Below are positions 48,001 through 55,487 of a stretch of DNA of 64,000 nucleotides, piece by piece. The stretch's first letter is position 1, and each line of letters opens with the position of its first letter. The stretch covers positions 896,001 through 960,000 of the forward strand of contig CAVZVA010000009.1 in assembly GCA_963778655.1 (NCBI GenBank), in the 5' to 3' direction. Source of the DNA: an uncultured delta proteobacterium. Lineage in GTDB: Bacteria; Myxococcota_A; Polyangia; Polyangiales; JAFGIB01. The translations under genes and the position numbers were made by a program. Below the pieces are notes generated by a model. It was given only the letters and a program-made list of their open reading frames with translations, was not told the origin of the DNA and ran no database searches.

Positions 48001-48903
48001 CCCGATGCCCAAGCACGGGTGCAGCTCGCTCACGGTTTGGAGGTGATGCGCAGCGGGCAGCTCAAACCGGCGCTGCGCGCGCTGGTGCGCGCCGAGGAGC
48101 TGCTGCGGACCCGCTGCCCGGGGAGCGGCGCGGACATGCGCATGTGCCGCGTGGCCATGGCCTATCTGTTCGTCGCGTTCAACCAGCTCGAGCGCGTGGC
48201 CGCGATTGCCCAGTGGGCGGAGGAGGCCGAGGAGCACGAGGACCTGCTCGCCTTGACCCGGCTGCGCGTGCTGCAGACCTTCGGCTCGCTGGTCGCAGGC
48301 GACCCGGAGCGGGCCGCGCGTGAGCTATCCCGCGCCGCCGCGCGCTGGGGCCGCGAGCGGCGGGACCTCACCAGCATGCTGCACGCAATGGCGCGCGGTA
48401 ATCTGGTGCTGTACCGCGGCGACGCAGCCGGGTGTCGCTCGTTGCTGGGCGACTACGAGTGGTTCTTTCGTTCCACGCTCGGGGCGATGGCGCTGCTGCG
48501 CGGCAAGGCCCTGCTGCTGCGCGCTCGGCTCGCCCTCAGCGCGAGCTTGCAAGGCGACGACACCGACGCGCAGCTGCAGCGCGCGGAGGAGGACGCGCGC
48601 GCGGCTGCGGCGCTCGGGCTGGCCTGCTTCGAGCATTCGATCCGGCTGGTGCGCGCCGGCGTGGCGGCGCGGCGCGGGGATGCCGATACCGCGCTGACCA
48701 TGCTCTCAGCCGTGCTGGCCGATCGCGGCGAGCACCCCGATGCGGCTTTGACCGTGGCCGCGGCCGGGCGACGCATGGGCGAGCTGCAGGGCGGCGGGGA
48801 GGGCCGCCTGCGCATCGAGAACGCCGACGATACGCTGCGCGCCCACGGGATCGAGGACCCGGAGGCGTTCTTCCGCCTGCTCGCGCCGGGCTTTTCCGGC
48901 TAG
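45046..48903 (+). CDS. Ser/Thr protein kinase fused to AAA/STAND-like ATPase and helical region
   Basis: GEGSMGAVY, HRDLKSDN, DFG, GTPAYMSPEQ; Walker A GPSGIGKT, Walker B FIDDLQW, YHDRIRE. Start may be 45082 or 45121. Confidence 0.9.
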   Translation: MPYHGTNQIGWLMSTLPRTVPSPSTMSFVSGRFEIKRRLGEGSMGAVYLAFDRERGADVALKTLRRVDAVGIYRFKREFRALSDVIHPNLVALYDLFQEGDLWYFTMEHVQGVDFLRYVHGASHSQGAWQTPRSTPEGAAFVAPVQGGPREPQTRGLELLFPSPLQDEDRLREVLIQIARGLLAIHAAGKLHRDLKSDNVIVSSDGRAKVLDFGIVIDRAPGPHGTLELGVMGTPAYMSPEQAAGRPVDESTDWYAFGVMLYEALTGNVPFDGSYLDVMSQKQHIDPTPPSQVVSSVPHDLDDLCLRLLLRDPSARPQGLAVLRALEHRRPPSLRPPAAAVPSSSSVPAEPDAPFVGRADELVALRRHLGETDRGRPVVTLVQGPSGIGKTTLVERFIAEVRADRDAVVLKGRCYEREAVPFKAFDSLIDALSRHLRRLPGVEAAEILPRDILALAHLFPVLKRVDVVAAARRRAGLPLDRQEIRRRAFSALKELLCRLADRAPLLLFIDDLQWGDMDSAQLISELIAGADAPAMLLLLAHRSSETTESPCLQALSEHVRDSEELEVHDLQLRPLSEQESVELARQLLGPAVAGAASGVGLESRGSPHLLTELARHVLLRRSAGTASPDTQRGLVTFERALMKRVAELSPGARTLLELLSVAGRPVLEESLQLVSSFDIDLQQAVTELRGAKLVRGVGTHAQRAIETYHDRIREAVVAALEPVQLELWHKRLASTLEATGSGDLEAIVEHLLGGGDSKRAQIYAIRAATQAAEALAFEKAARLFAIAVENQDDQGWSHELLVRWADSLVNAGHARRAAAVYFDAAHSAPEPEAKVLRRKAGLQLLASGHEEEALELLGGTLQQLGVDIPASAEAGAAQLLVLRARIGERGFGLGAARAERSAADLERVDMLWTLTLSMTQTDPDRALQLVARHLLEALELGDPARAVRALCLYHNAIDAPLSALEGRAPQGALAAAEALERSLGLPDAQARVQLAHGLEVMRSGQLKPALRALVRAEELLRTRCPGSGADMRMCRVAMAYLFVAFNQLERVAAIAQWAEEAEEHEDLLALTRLRVLQTFGSLVAGDPERAARELSRAAARWGRERRDLTSMLHAMARGNLVLYRGDAAGCRSLLGDYEWFFRSTLGAMALLRGKALLLRARLALSASLQGDDTDAQLQRAEEDARAAAALGLACFEHSIRLVRAGVAARRGDADTALTMLSAVLADRGEHPDAALTVAAAGRRMGELQGGGEGRLRIENADDTLRAHGIEDPEAFFRLLAPGFSG

Positions 48904-48971
48904 CGACCTCCCTCCCGCGGTCTCACATGAGTCATGGACCGCCGCGCCGCCCGGCTGCGTCCATCTCAGGG

Positions 48972-49035
48972 CACGCGCACGACTGCGACTATGACTACGA
49001 CCAAGCACGAGTTCGAGGACGAGTACGAGGACGAC
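48972..49035. repeat. Intergenic 6-bp-periodic degenerate repeat
   Basis: CACGCG CACGAC TGCGAC TATGAC TACGAC caag CACGAG TTCGAG GACGAG TACGAG GACGAC between convergent genes. Confidence 0.75.
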
Positions 49036-49079
49036 TCTGGGACGAGGACGTCGGTCAGAGCATCGCTGGCGGCTCGGGC

Positions 49080-50054
49080 TCAGCGTGGGGCACGGCGCGG
49101 ACCATGGATCTGGGCGCGCAGGCTTTCGGCCAGCTCCAGCATGGGTAGGCCGGGGTCGTCGGCCAGATCAGGGTCGAGCTCGGCGATCCGGCCCTGGCCG
49201 TGACACGGGCGCAGCTGCGAAAGCCCGGGCGCGTTGCAGATCGACTGCGCCATGCCGCGCCGCGTGACCAGCACGTCAGGATCCAGGCTCAATACCTGTT
49301 CGGCGTCGAGCGCAGGCCAGCCGTGGTAGCGCTCGGCCGCGTCGATGAGACCCGCGTAGTGCAACACGTCATGGTAGCTGGTACCGCGCGCGCCGCCGAA
49401 CAGTTGCTTGCCGTAGAGCGCGAGGTAGAGCCCGCGCGGTCGGGCCGCGCGCGGCACGTCGCTTGCGACCGCCTTCAGCCGCTGTACGAAGTGGGTAGCC
49501 AGCGCGGCAGCGCGCTGCGGCTCGCCGACCAGCACGCCGATCACGCCGATGGTGGGCAGCAGGGTGTCGAGGCCACCCATCTCGCCCAGGTCGAACACCA
49601 CCACGCCCTGCGCGCGCAGGCGGGCCGCGTAGCGAGGGTCGCCGAAGTGGTTGATGAGCAGCAGGTCGGGGTGCAGGCTGAGGATCGGCTCGAGGTCGGC
49701 GGGCGAGTCGATGCCGGCGCGGCCGCGGTAGCGGTAGCCGAGCAGCGGGTTGTCCTTGCTGTAGCGCGACACCGCGACGATACGCTCGGGCGCGCACAGC
49801 TCCCACAGCACCGAATCGGCAACCAGGCTCGCCGATGCGATGCGCCGATAGCGGCGAAGCGGTGCGATCGCGCTGGAGGCGTCGCGAATGCCGCGGCCGC
49901 CGCCCGGCAGCACGACCTCCGCGACCTTTGCCGCGCGCGGCTCGATCTGCTCGACCCGCACCTGGGGCTCGCGGCGGGCGCCCGCGGCGCCGAGCAAGCT
50001 CGCGGAGAGCGCCAGCAGCACGGCCACACCGTTGTGCAGGTCGACGCGGGTCAT
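49080..50054 (-). CDS. ABC transporter substrate-binding protein (BtuF/iron-chelate class)
   Basis: RRIASASL, ERIVAVS, EPILSLHPDLLL, EQVLSLDPDVLV; ATGA-coupled to the ATPase. Confidence 0.85.
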   Translation of the reverse strand: MTRVDLHNGVAVLLALSASLLGAAGARREPQVRVEQIEPRAAKVAEVVLPGGGRGIRDASSAIAPLRRYRRIASASLVADSVLWELCAPERIVAVSRYSKDNPLLGYRYRGRAGIDSPADLEPILSLHPDLLLINHFGDPRYAARLRAQGVVVFDLGEMGGLDTLLPTIGVIGVLVGEPQRAAALATHFVQRLKAVASDVPRAARPRGLYLALYGKQLFGGARGTSYHDVLHYAGLIDAAERYHGWPALDAEQVLSLDPDVLVTRRGMAQSICNAPGLSQLRPCHGQGRIAELDPDLADDPGLPMLELAESLRAQIHGPRRAPR

Positions 50055-50836
50055 GGTTTGTGCGCGCCCCCGACCAGCCGAAACCCGAGCGCGCCGCCCG
50101 CGATCGGCTCCACACCGTACACGCGCCGCACGTTGTCCGCGGTGAGCACGGCGCTGCTGGCGTCCAGCGCCACGCTGTGGCCGTGGTCCAGCAGCAGCGC
50201 GCGGTCGGTGAAGTGCAGCGCGTCGTCGAGCTGGTGCAGAACCGCCACCACGCAGTGGCCGTCCTTGGCAAGCGCGCGCAGTGTGGCGAACAGCGACAGC
50301 GCGTGCGAGACGTCGAGCGCCGCGGTGGGCTCGTCGAGCAGCAGCACGCGCGCCTCGGTGGCCAGCGCGCGCGCCAGCAGCACGCGGCGCTGCTCGCCGG
50401 CCGAGAGCTCCGGTAGCATGCGGCTCGCCAGGTGCGTCACGTCCGCGCGTTCCATCGCGGCCTCGATCGCGAGCCGGTCGCGCGCGGACAGGCCGGCGAG
50501 CGCGCCCCTGTGCGCGTAGCGGCCGTGGCCGACCACGGCGTAGACCGAGAGCCGGGAGGTGAGCTGCGAGCGCTGCGGGACCAGCGAAAGGCGCCGGCCC
50601 AGCTCGCGCCGGGTTAGCCGCGCGCCGTCGACGCCCGACAGCTCGATGCAGCCGCCGTGCTCGATCAGCCCGGCGCACGCGCGCAGCAGCGTGCTCTTGC
50701 CCGCGCCGTTGGGACCGAGCACGGCCAGCAGCGAGCCGAAGTCGGCGTCGAACGACACGTCGTGCAGCACCGGCGCGCGGCCGAGCGCGACGCTGACGCC
50801 GCGGGCGCGCAGCGCGGGCGGCTCAGCCATAGCCAC
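50051..50836 (-). CDS. ABC transporter ATP-binding protein (BtuD/FecE class)
   Basis: GPNGAGKSTLL, LSAGEQRRV, LLLDEPT, VLH. Confidence 0.93.
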   Translation of the reverse strand: MAMAEPPALRARGVSVALGRAPVLHDVSFDADFGSLLAVLGPNGAGKSTLLRACAGLIEHGGCIELSGVDGARLTRRELGRRLSLVPQRSQLTSRLSVYAVVGHGRYAHRGALAGLSARDRLAIEAAMERADVTHLASRMLPELSAGEQRRVLLARALATEARVLLLDEPTAALDVSHALSLFATLRALAKDGHCVVAVLHQLDDALHFTDRALLLDHGHSVALDASSAVLTADNVRRVYGVEPIAGGALGFRLVGGAHKP

Positions 50837-51908
50837 CCCGGCGCCAGGTGCGCAGCAGCAGCACGAGGAAGAGCGGCGCGCCGAACAGGCCGGTGATCAC
50901 GCCCAGCGGCAGCTCGGTTTGCGAGGGCACTACGCGCGCGAGCGCGTCGCAGCCGATCACGAATGCGCCGCCGCCGAGCGCCGCGGCGGGCACCAGCCGC
51001 CGGTGCTCCGCGCCGAGCACGCTGCGCAGGCCGTGGGGCACGATCAGTCCCACGAAGCCGATGTTGCCGCCGAGCGAGACCGCCGCTCCTGTCAAGGTCG
51101 CGCTCCACACCACGATCCAGCGCCGTACCGCCGCGACGTCGACGCCGAGCGAGGCCGATTCGTCCTCGCCGCTGAGCAGCAGGTCGAGCGGGCGGCCCCA
51201 CAGCCAGGCAGCGATCACGCCCGGCAGCACCAGCGGCCAGGCCATCGCCACCTGCGCGCCGGAGGTGCCCGAGAGCCCGCCCAGCACGAACGCCACCATC
51301 GCGCGCGCAAGGTCCCACTTCTCCTGCGCCAGGCTCATGATGAAGTTGCCGAGGCCCAGGAACAGCGACGACAGGATGAAGCCGGTGAGCAGCAGCAACA
51401 CGAGGTCGCCGTGCTGGCGCGCGATCACCAGCAGGATCCCGAGCGCGAGCAAGGCGCCGAGCAGGCAGCCCACGGGCAGGAAGAGCTGCGCGGGTAGGAC
51501 CGCGCCGAGCGCACCCGCAGGCAGCGCCTGATACAGCATCATCGTGGCCTGGCCGCCGAAGCTCGCGCCCGCGGTGGCGCCGAGCAGCGAGGGGTCGGCC
51601 AGCGGATTGCGGAACAGGCCCTGCACCACCACGCCCGCCACGGCCAGCGCGGCCCCGGTCAGGAAGGCCGCCAGCAGGCGGTAGCCGCGCAACTGCAGTA
51701 GCGTGTCGCGCAGCCGCGGGTCGTGCAGGTCGCCGTGGCCGGCCAGCAAGCCCGCAACGCACGCGGCTGCGAGCGCGAACAGCAACGCCGCGTATACGCG
51801 CGCGGTGCGCGAGCTCTGCGCTGGCGCCAGAGCCGCAGCCTCCGAGCCCGCGCTGGCCGTGCCTTCCAAGATGGGCCGCAAAATGGTGCGAGCCTGCAAG
51901 CCTGTCAA
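50823..51908 (-). CDS. FecCD/BtuC-family ABC permease
   Basis: QGLFRNPLADP, A.SLGV, GNIGFVGLIVPH, ELPLGVITGLFGAPLF. Confidence 0.93.
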   Translation of the reverse strand: MTGLQARTILRPILEGTASAGSEAAALAPAQSSRTARVYAALLFALAAACVAGLLAGHGDLHDPRLRDTLLQLRGYRLLAAFLTGAALAVAGVVVQGLFRNPLADPSLLGATAGASFGGQATMMLYQALPAGALGAVLPAQLFLPVGCLLGALLALGILLVIARQHGDLVLLLLTGFILSSLFLGLGNFIMSLAQEKWDLARAMVAFVLGGLSGTSGAQVAMAWPLVLPGVIAAWLWGRPLDLLLSGEDESASLGVDVAAVRRWIVVWSATLTGAAVSLGGNIGFVGLIVPHGLRSVLGAEHRRLVPAAALGGGAFVIGCDALARVVPSQTELPLGVITGLFGAPLFLVLLLRTWRRGGYG

Positions 51909-52007
51909 GCGGCCGCAGCCCGCGCGGGCAGCAGGCCACGGCGCCGCAGCCCGCGCACGGGCGGGGCGCCGTGGCCTGCGCCCTCGCAGGCCGTCAGAAC
52001 CAGTGCG

Positions 52008-53849
52008 TCAGAACCGTCGCCGCCGGATCAGCGCCGCCAGGGCGAGCAGCAGCAGCGAGCCGCTGCCACCTGCCTCCGGTAAGCCGCCGCCGACGTTGCA
52101 GCCGCCGCTGTGCGCGACGCTGCTGCCGCTCTTGCCGCCGTCGTCCACGCCGGCATCGCTGGTGCCACCGCTCGAGCCACCGGAGCCGGCGCTGCCGCCG
52201 CCGCCGCTCTTACCGCCCGTGCTGCCGCCGCTCGTGCCGCCCGTGCCGCTGTCGGCTGTGCCGCCATCGCTGGTGCCGGCGCCGTTCTGCTTGAGCATCG
52301 CGACGATCATGTCCGTGCGATCGTCGATCACCTTGCCCTGACCCTGCTTGCCGTACTGCAGGATCTTGAGCGCCGCGGGCTGACTGTCGATCATGATCGG
52401 CCAGGTCCCGATGGTCGTGCCGTGCACCTCGCCGCCCTGCGGCAGCACGAGCCGCCACGGGCTGTTGGATGTGCCGCCGCCATTCCCGCACTCGATGTAG
52501 AAGTCGGCGGTGTGGATGTTGCTGACGTCGCCGAGGTCGGAGTTGAAGTCGAAGGCGGGATCGAGGGTCATCTCGGCCGCGCTCATCGTGGTGTACAGGC
52601 GCGTGATGTAGGGGCGCGAGTCGAGCAGCGCCTGGGTATCGGCCAGCGGCTTGATCACCATCTCGTAGAGCTTGGTCAGGAAGGTCTGGGTGTCGAAGGT
52701 CACGCCCGCCGCGTTGATGTAGCAGGATAGACAGCGCTGGAAATCCGAGAACGCGATGTTGCTGGGCAGCGTGACCGAGGCCTGCAGTGCGTCGTTGAAG
52801 CCGTCGTAGTTGCCAAACATGTTGGTGGCGTCGCGGACCATCGAGGCCGCGTCGGTGTAGCTCGTCGCCTGGAACTGATTCCACTGCTGCTGCTGGTAGC
52901 CGGCGAAGATCTGGACGCCCGTGTTGTTCACCAGATCAGAGACCTTGCCCGCATACTCGGTCACGAAGCCCTGGCCCATGGCCTCGTCGGCAGCCTTGCT
53001 CACGACCTCGTTGTAGTTGTTGTTGGGATTGAACCAGTCGATCAGCGCCTCGTTGAGCTCGAGCGCCTTGTAGTTCTCCGGAATCGCGCGCGCGTCCGAC
53101 AGCACCCACACCAGCACGCCCATGTCGTCGTTGGCCGCGACCGCGGTGGGCCTGATCGGAATCGACGGCAGCGCCGAGTCATAGGTGATCATGACCGGGC
53201 GGATCGAGCCGGTCATGTTGCCCTTGCTCAGCTTGAACGCGAGCAGGTTGAGCCCGTCTTCGAGATAGGGGCGCAGCACCACGTCGCCCATCGGGCCCAC
53301 GTCGTAGCTGTGCGCGGTGAGCCAATCGACCGCGACCTGGGCCGCGTCGCTCGCTCCGGGGTCGACCATGATGACGTCGTAGTCATAGGGACCGACCGCA
53401 CCGGAAGCCACCACCGTCACTGCGGGCGCAGACGCGGCCCCCCCCGTGCCCGAGGCGTTGCCAAATCCGACCGCACCGGTTGCCATCGGCACCGCGCAGC
53501 TGCCATCGAACATGGTCTGCCGGGTGTACTGGGGGTTGGTCGCCTGCTTGAGCGCCTGGAAGGCCGAGTCCGAGGAAACCGCGACCGTCGGGTTGCCGGG
53601 CACCGGCAGCACCCAGGCGAACTTCTGCGACGGCCCGTCGTACATGATCTGGATCACCGCGGTCACCGTGCCGTCCGCGTTCTTCGAGAACACAATCTGT
53701 TCGGCGGCCTGGTTGACCGGATTGGCCGCGGAGCAGAAGAAGCCGCCGCAGGCCTTGGCCGGGCTCGGCGCCATCGCAATTGCAGCCGCGGTCAGGCCGG
53801 CCAATGCCGCGCCCACCCATGCGAACCCCTGTGGTCGTTCGAAGCGCAT
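52008..53849 (-). CDS. DUF2330-type secreted protein with MYXO-CTERM sorting signal
   Basis: Signal ending AKACGGFFC, VNQAAEQIVF, FAWVLPVP, VGPYD, IPIRPTAVAA, YITRLYT; C-terminal GGC...LLLLALAALIRRRRF. Real start is near 53849/53867, not 55352. Confidence 0.85.
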   Translation of the reverse strand: MRFERPQGFAWVGAALAGLTAAAIAMAPSPAKACGGFFCSAANPVNQAAEQIVFSKNADGTVTAVIQIMYDGPSQKFAWVLPVPGNPTVAVSSDSAFQALKQATNPQYTRQTMFDGSCAVPMATGAVGFGNASGTGGAASAPAVTVVASGAVGPYDYDVIMVDPGASDAAQVAVDWLTAHSYDVGPMGDVVLRPYLEDGLNLLAFKLSKGNMTGSIRPVMITYDSALPSIPIRPTAVAANDDMGVLVWVLSDARAIPENYKALELNEALIDWFNPNNNYNEVVSKAADEAMGQGFVTEYAGKVSDLVNNTGVQIFAGYQQQQWNQFQATSYTDAASMVRDATNMFGNYDGFNDALQASVTLPSNIAFSDFQRCLSCYINAAGVTFDTQTFLTKLYEMVIKPLADTQALLDSRPYITRLYTTMSAAEMTLDPAFDFNSDLGDVSNIHTADFYIECGNGGGTSNSPWRLVLPQGGEVHGTTIGTWPIMIDSQPAALKILQYGKQGQGKVIDDRTDMIVAMLKQNGAGTSDGGTADSGTGGTSGGSTGGKSGGGGSAGSGGSSGGTSDAGVDDGGKSGSSVAHSGGCNVGGGLPEAGGSGSLLLLALAALIRRRRF

Positions 53850-53941
53850 TCGTGCTCTCCCTTGCATCCCGGTGTACCCGGGGCTGGGCCACGCCCTGTG
53901 GCACAGCCTGGCACAGCCCGCACCCAATCCTCCAAGCATAC

Positions 53942-53957
53942 TGCAACCCCCATGCCA
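53942..53957 (-). promoter_or_regulatory. Sigma54 (-24/-12) promoter for the DUF2330 gene
   Basis: Minus strand TGGCATGGGGGTTGCA: GG-N10-GC with TTGCA, about 75-90 bp upstream of the start. Confidence 0.72.
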
Positions 53958-54095
53958 GCGCCCCGGCCGGCCTGAACCGCCCTGAGACAGGCGAACATAC
54001 CGAAACAGTTCCGGGTTTCGCGCCTCGCAGCCGATTGTCATCATCCGGCAACGGGCCGGTTTGGGGTCCGAGCCGCGCCGGCGCGGGAGGCGTTC

Positions 54096-55469
54096 ATGGA
54101 GGGAACCCAGAAGCTCCGCCCAGTGGGCGTGTCCGTTTCGGGACGCCTCACCGGGCCCCTGGTGATCGCCGGGTTTGTGCTCGCCGCAACCTGCGCCTAC
54201 GTCGCGCTGGCGCTGCGGCCGCAATGGGCGGCTGCGCTGCGCGCCGCGTGGGACGGCGTGCTGCAAGCCGGCCGCGGCGGCGTCTGGATCCTGCCGCTGC
54301 TGGCCGCTGTCGCGGCAGTGCTCGGCGTGGTGCTGGCCGCGTTCCTGCTGTCGGCGTTCGTGCGCGGCGTGCAAGCGGCGCCCTATGCGTGGCTGGCGCC
54401 GGTGCTGGTCGGCTTCTCCAGCTTCGTGCTGGCGCGCATGCGCATCGACCTGCCGCTGGGCCCCGTTCCGGCGCCGCTGTTCGCGACGCTGAGCGGGTTG
54501 CTGCTGCTCGGCGGCGGTGCGCTGGCGCAAGTGCGCGGCTGGCCTGCCAAGCTCTCGGGAGCGCTTGCGCTCGGCTTGCCCCTGCTGCTGCTGGGCTGCG
54601 CCTACGCGCGCGCGGGCGGCGGCCTGCTGCCGGCCTGGCGCGCGCTCGACCCGACCGCGGGTCTGTTTCTGTTCGTGCTCGGCTTGACCAGCGTCGGCGT
54701 GGCGCTGGTGGCGGCGGTGGCCCGTCCTGCCGGCCCGATCGGCGAGGCGGCCCAGCGCGCGCGCAGCTGGCGCGAGCACAGGCAGCAGCTGGCGCAGGCG
54801 CTGAACCACGCGCGCGAGAGCGAGCTGCGCGCGGCCGAAGCCGAGCGCCGCGCCGAGCTCGCCGAGCACGCGTTGCAGGCGGCGCATGCGGTGGCGGCTC
54901 GCGCGCCCGCGTTCGGGCACGGGGAAGACACCGGGCGATTCATGGCGCTCGCGCGGCCGCCGCTCTTGAGCCGCACCGCCCGGCTGTGGATCGGTGCGCC
55001 GCTGCTGCTGGTCACGGCCTTGCTCGTCGCGTACCTGGCGGCCTATAGACCGCTCGCCCGGCGCGCGGCCGCGCAGCAGGTGTTCTCGACCGAGAGCGCC
55101 AAGGAGCACGCCGAAGAGATCGACGCGCTGCGCAAGCGCTTCGCAACGGAGCGCCAGCACCTGTACGAGGCGCTGGCCGCCGAGCGCGCCCACAGCGAGC
55201 AGCTGCTGCAGCAAGCGCGCGAACAGGCGGCGACGCAGCCGGCGCCGAGCGCGGAGCGGACCCCTGCGGCGGTAGCGCCGGAAGTGGCGAGGCCCGTGGC
55301 CAGGGCTGTCAGGCACGCGACCAGGGCGAATGGCCGGCACGCGCGCCGCCATGCGGCCAGGAGCCGAGCGCGCACGCGCACGCAGCCCGCGAAGCGCGAA
55401 GCGGCCCAGCCGCGCGAGTCGGGCGAGACCCTCGACGACGATCCGATCGGCGGCCTCGAGGGCATGTAG
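54096..55469 (+). CDS. Multi-pass membrane protein with coiled-coil segments
   Basis: GGGAGG RBS; about 6 N-terminal TMs, coiled coil, another TM, second coiled coil, acidic DDDPIGGL tail. Confidence 0.7.
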   Translation: MEGTQKLRPVGVSVSGRLTGPLVIAGFVLAATCAYVALALRPQWAAALRAAWDGVLQAGRGGVWILPLLAAVAAVLGVVLAAFLLSAFVRGVQAAPYAWLAPVLVGFSSFVLARMRIDLPLGPVPAPLFATLSGLLLLGGGALAQVRGWPAKLSGALALGLPLLLLGCAYARAGGGLLPAWRALDPTAGLFLFVLGLTSVGVALVAAVARPAGPIGEAAQRARSWREHRQQLAQALNHARESELRAAEAERRAELAEHALQAAHAVAARAPAFGHGEDTGRFMALARPPLLSRTARLWIGAPLLLVTALLVAYLAAYRPLARRAAAQQVFSTESAKEHAEEIDALRKRFATERQHLYEALAAERAHSEQLLQQAREQAATQPAPSAERTPAAVAPEVARPVARAVRHATRANGRHARRHAARSRARTRTQPAKREAAQPRESGETLDDDPIGGLEGM

Positions 55470-55487
55470 CGCGGGGGCGTTCCGAGG

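Noticed and set aside
51909..52007. Cobalamin riboswitch upstream of the BtuC-like permease
   Set aside because: Gap is only about 100 bp and lacks B12-box motifs.
53850..55352. N-terminal 500 aa of the 1114 aa ORF 52008..55352
   Set aside because: Shadow of the plus-strand membrane protein; the signal peptide and sigma54 promoter place the true start near 53849.
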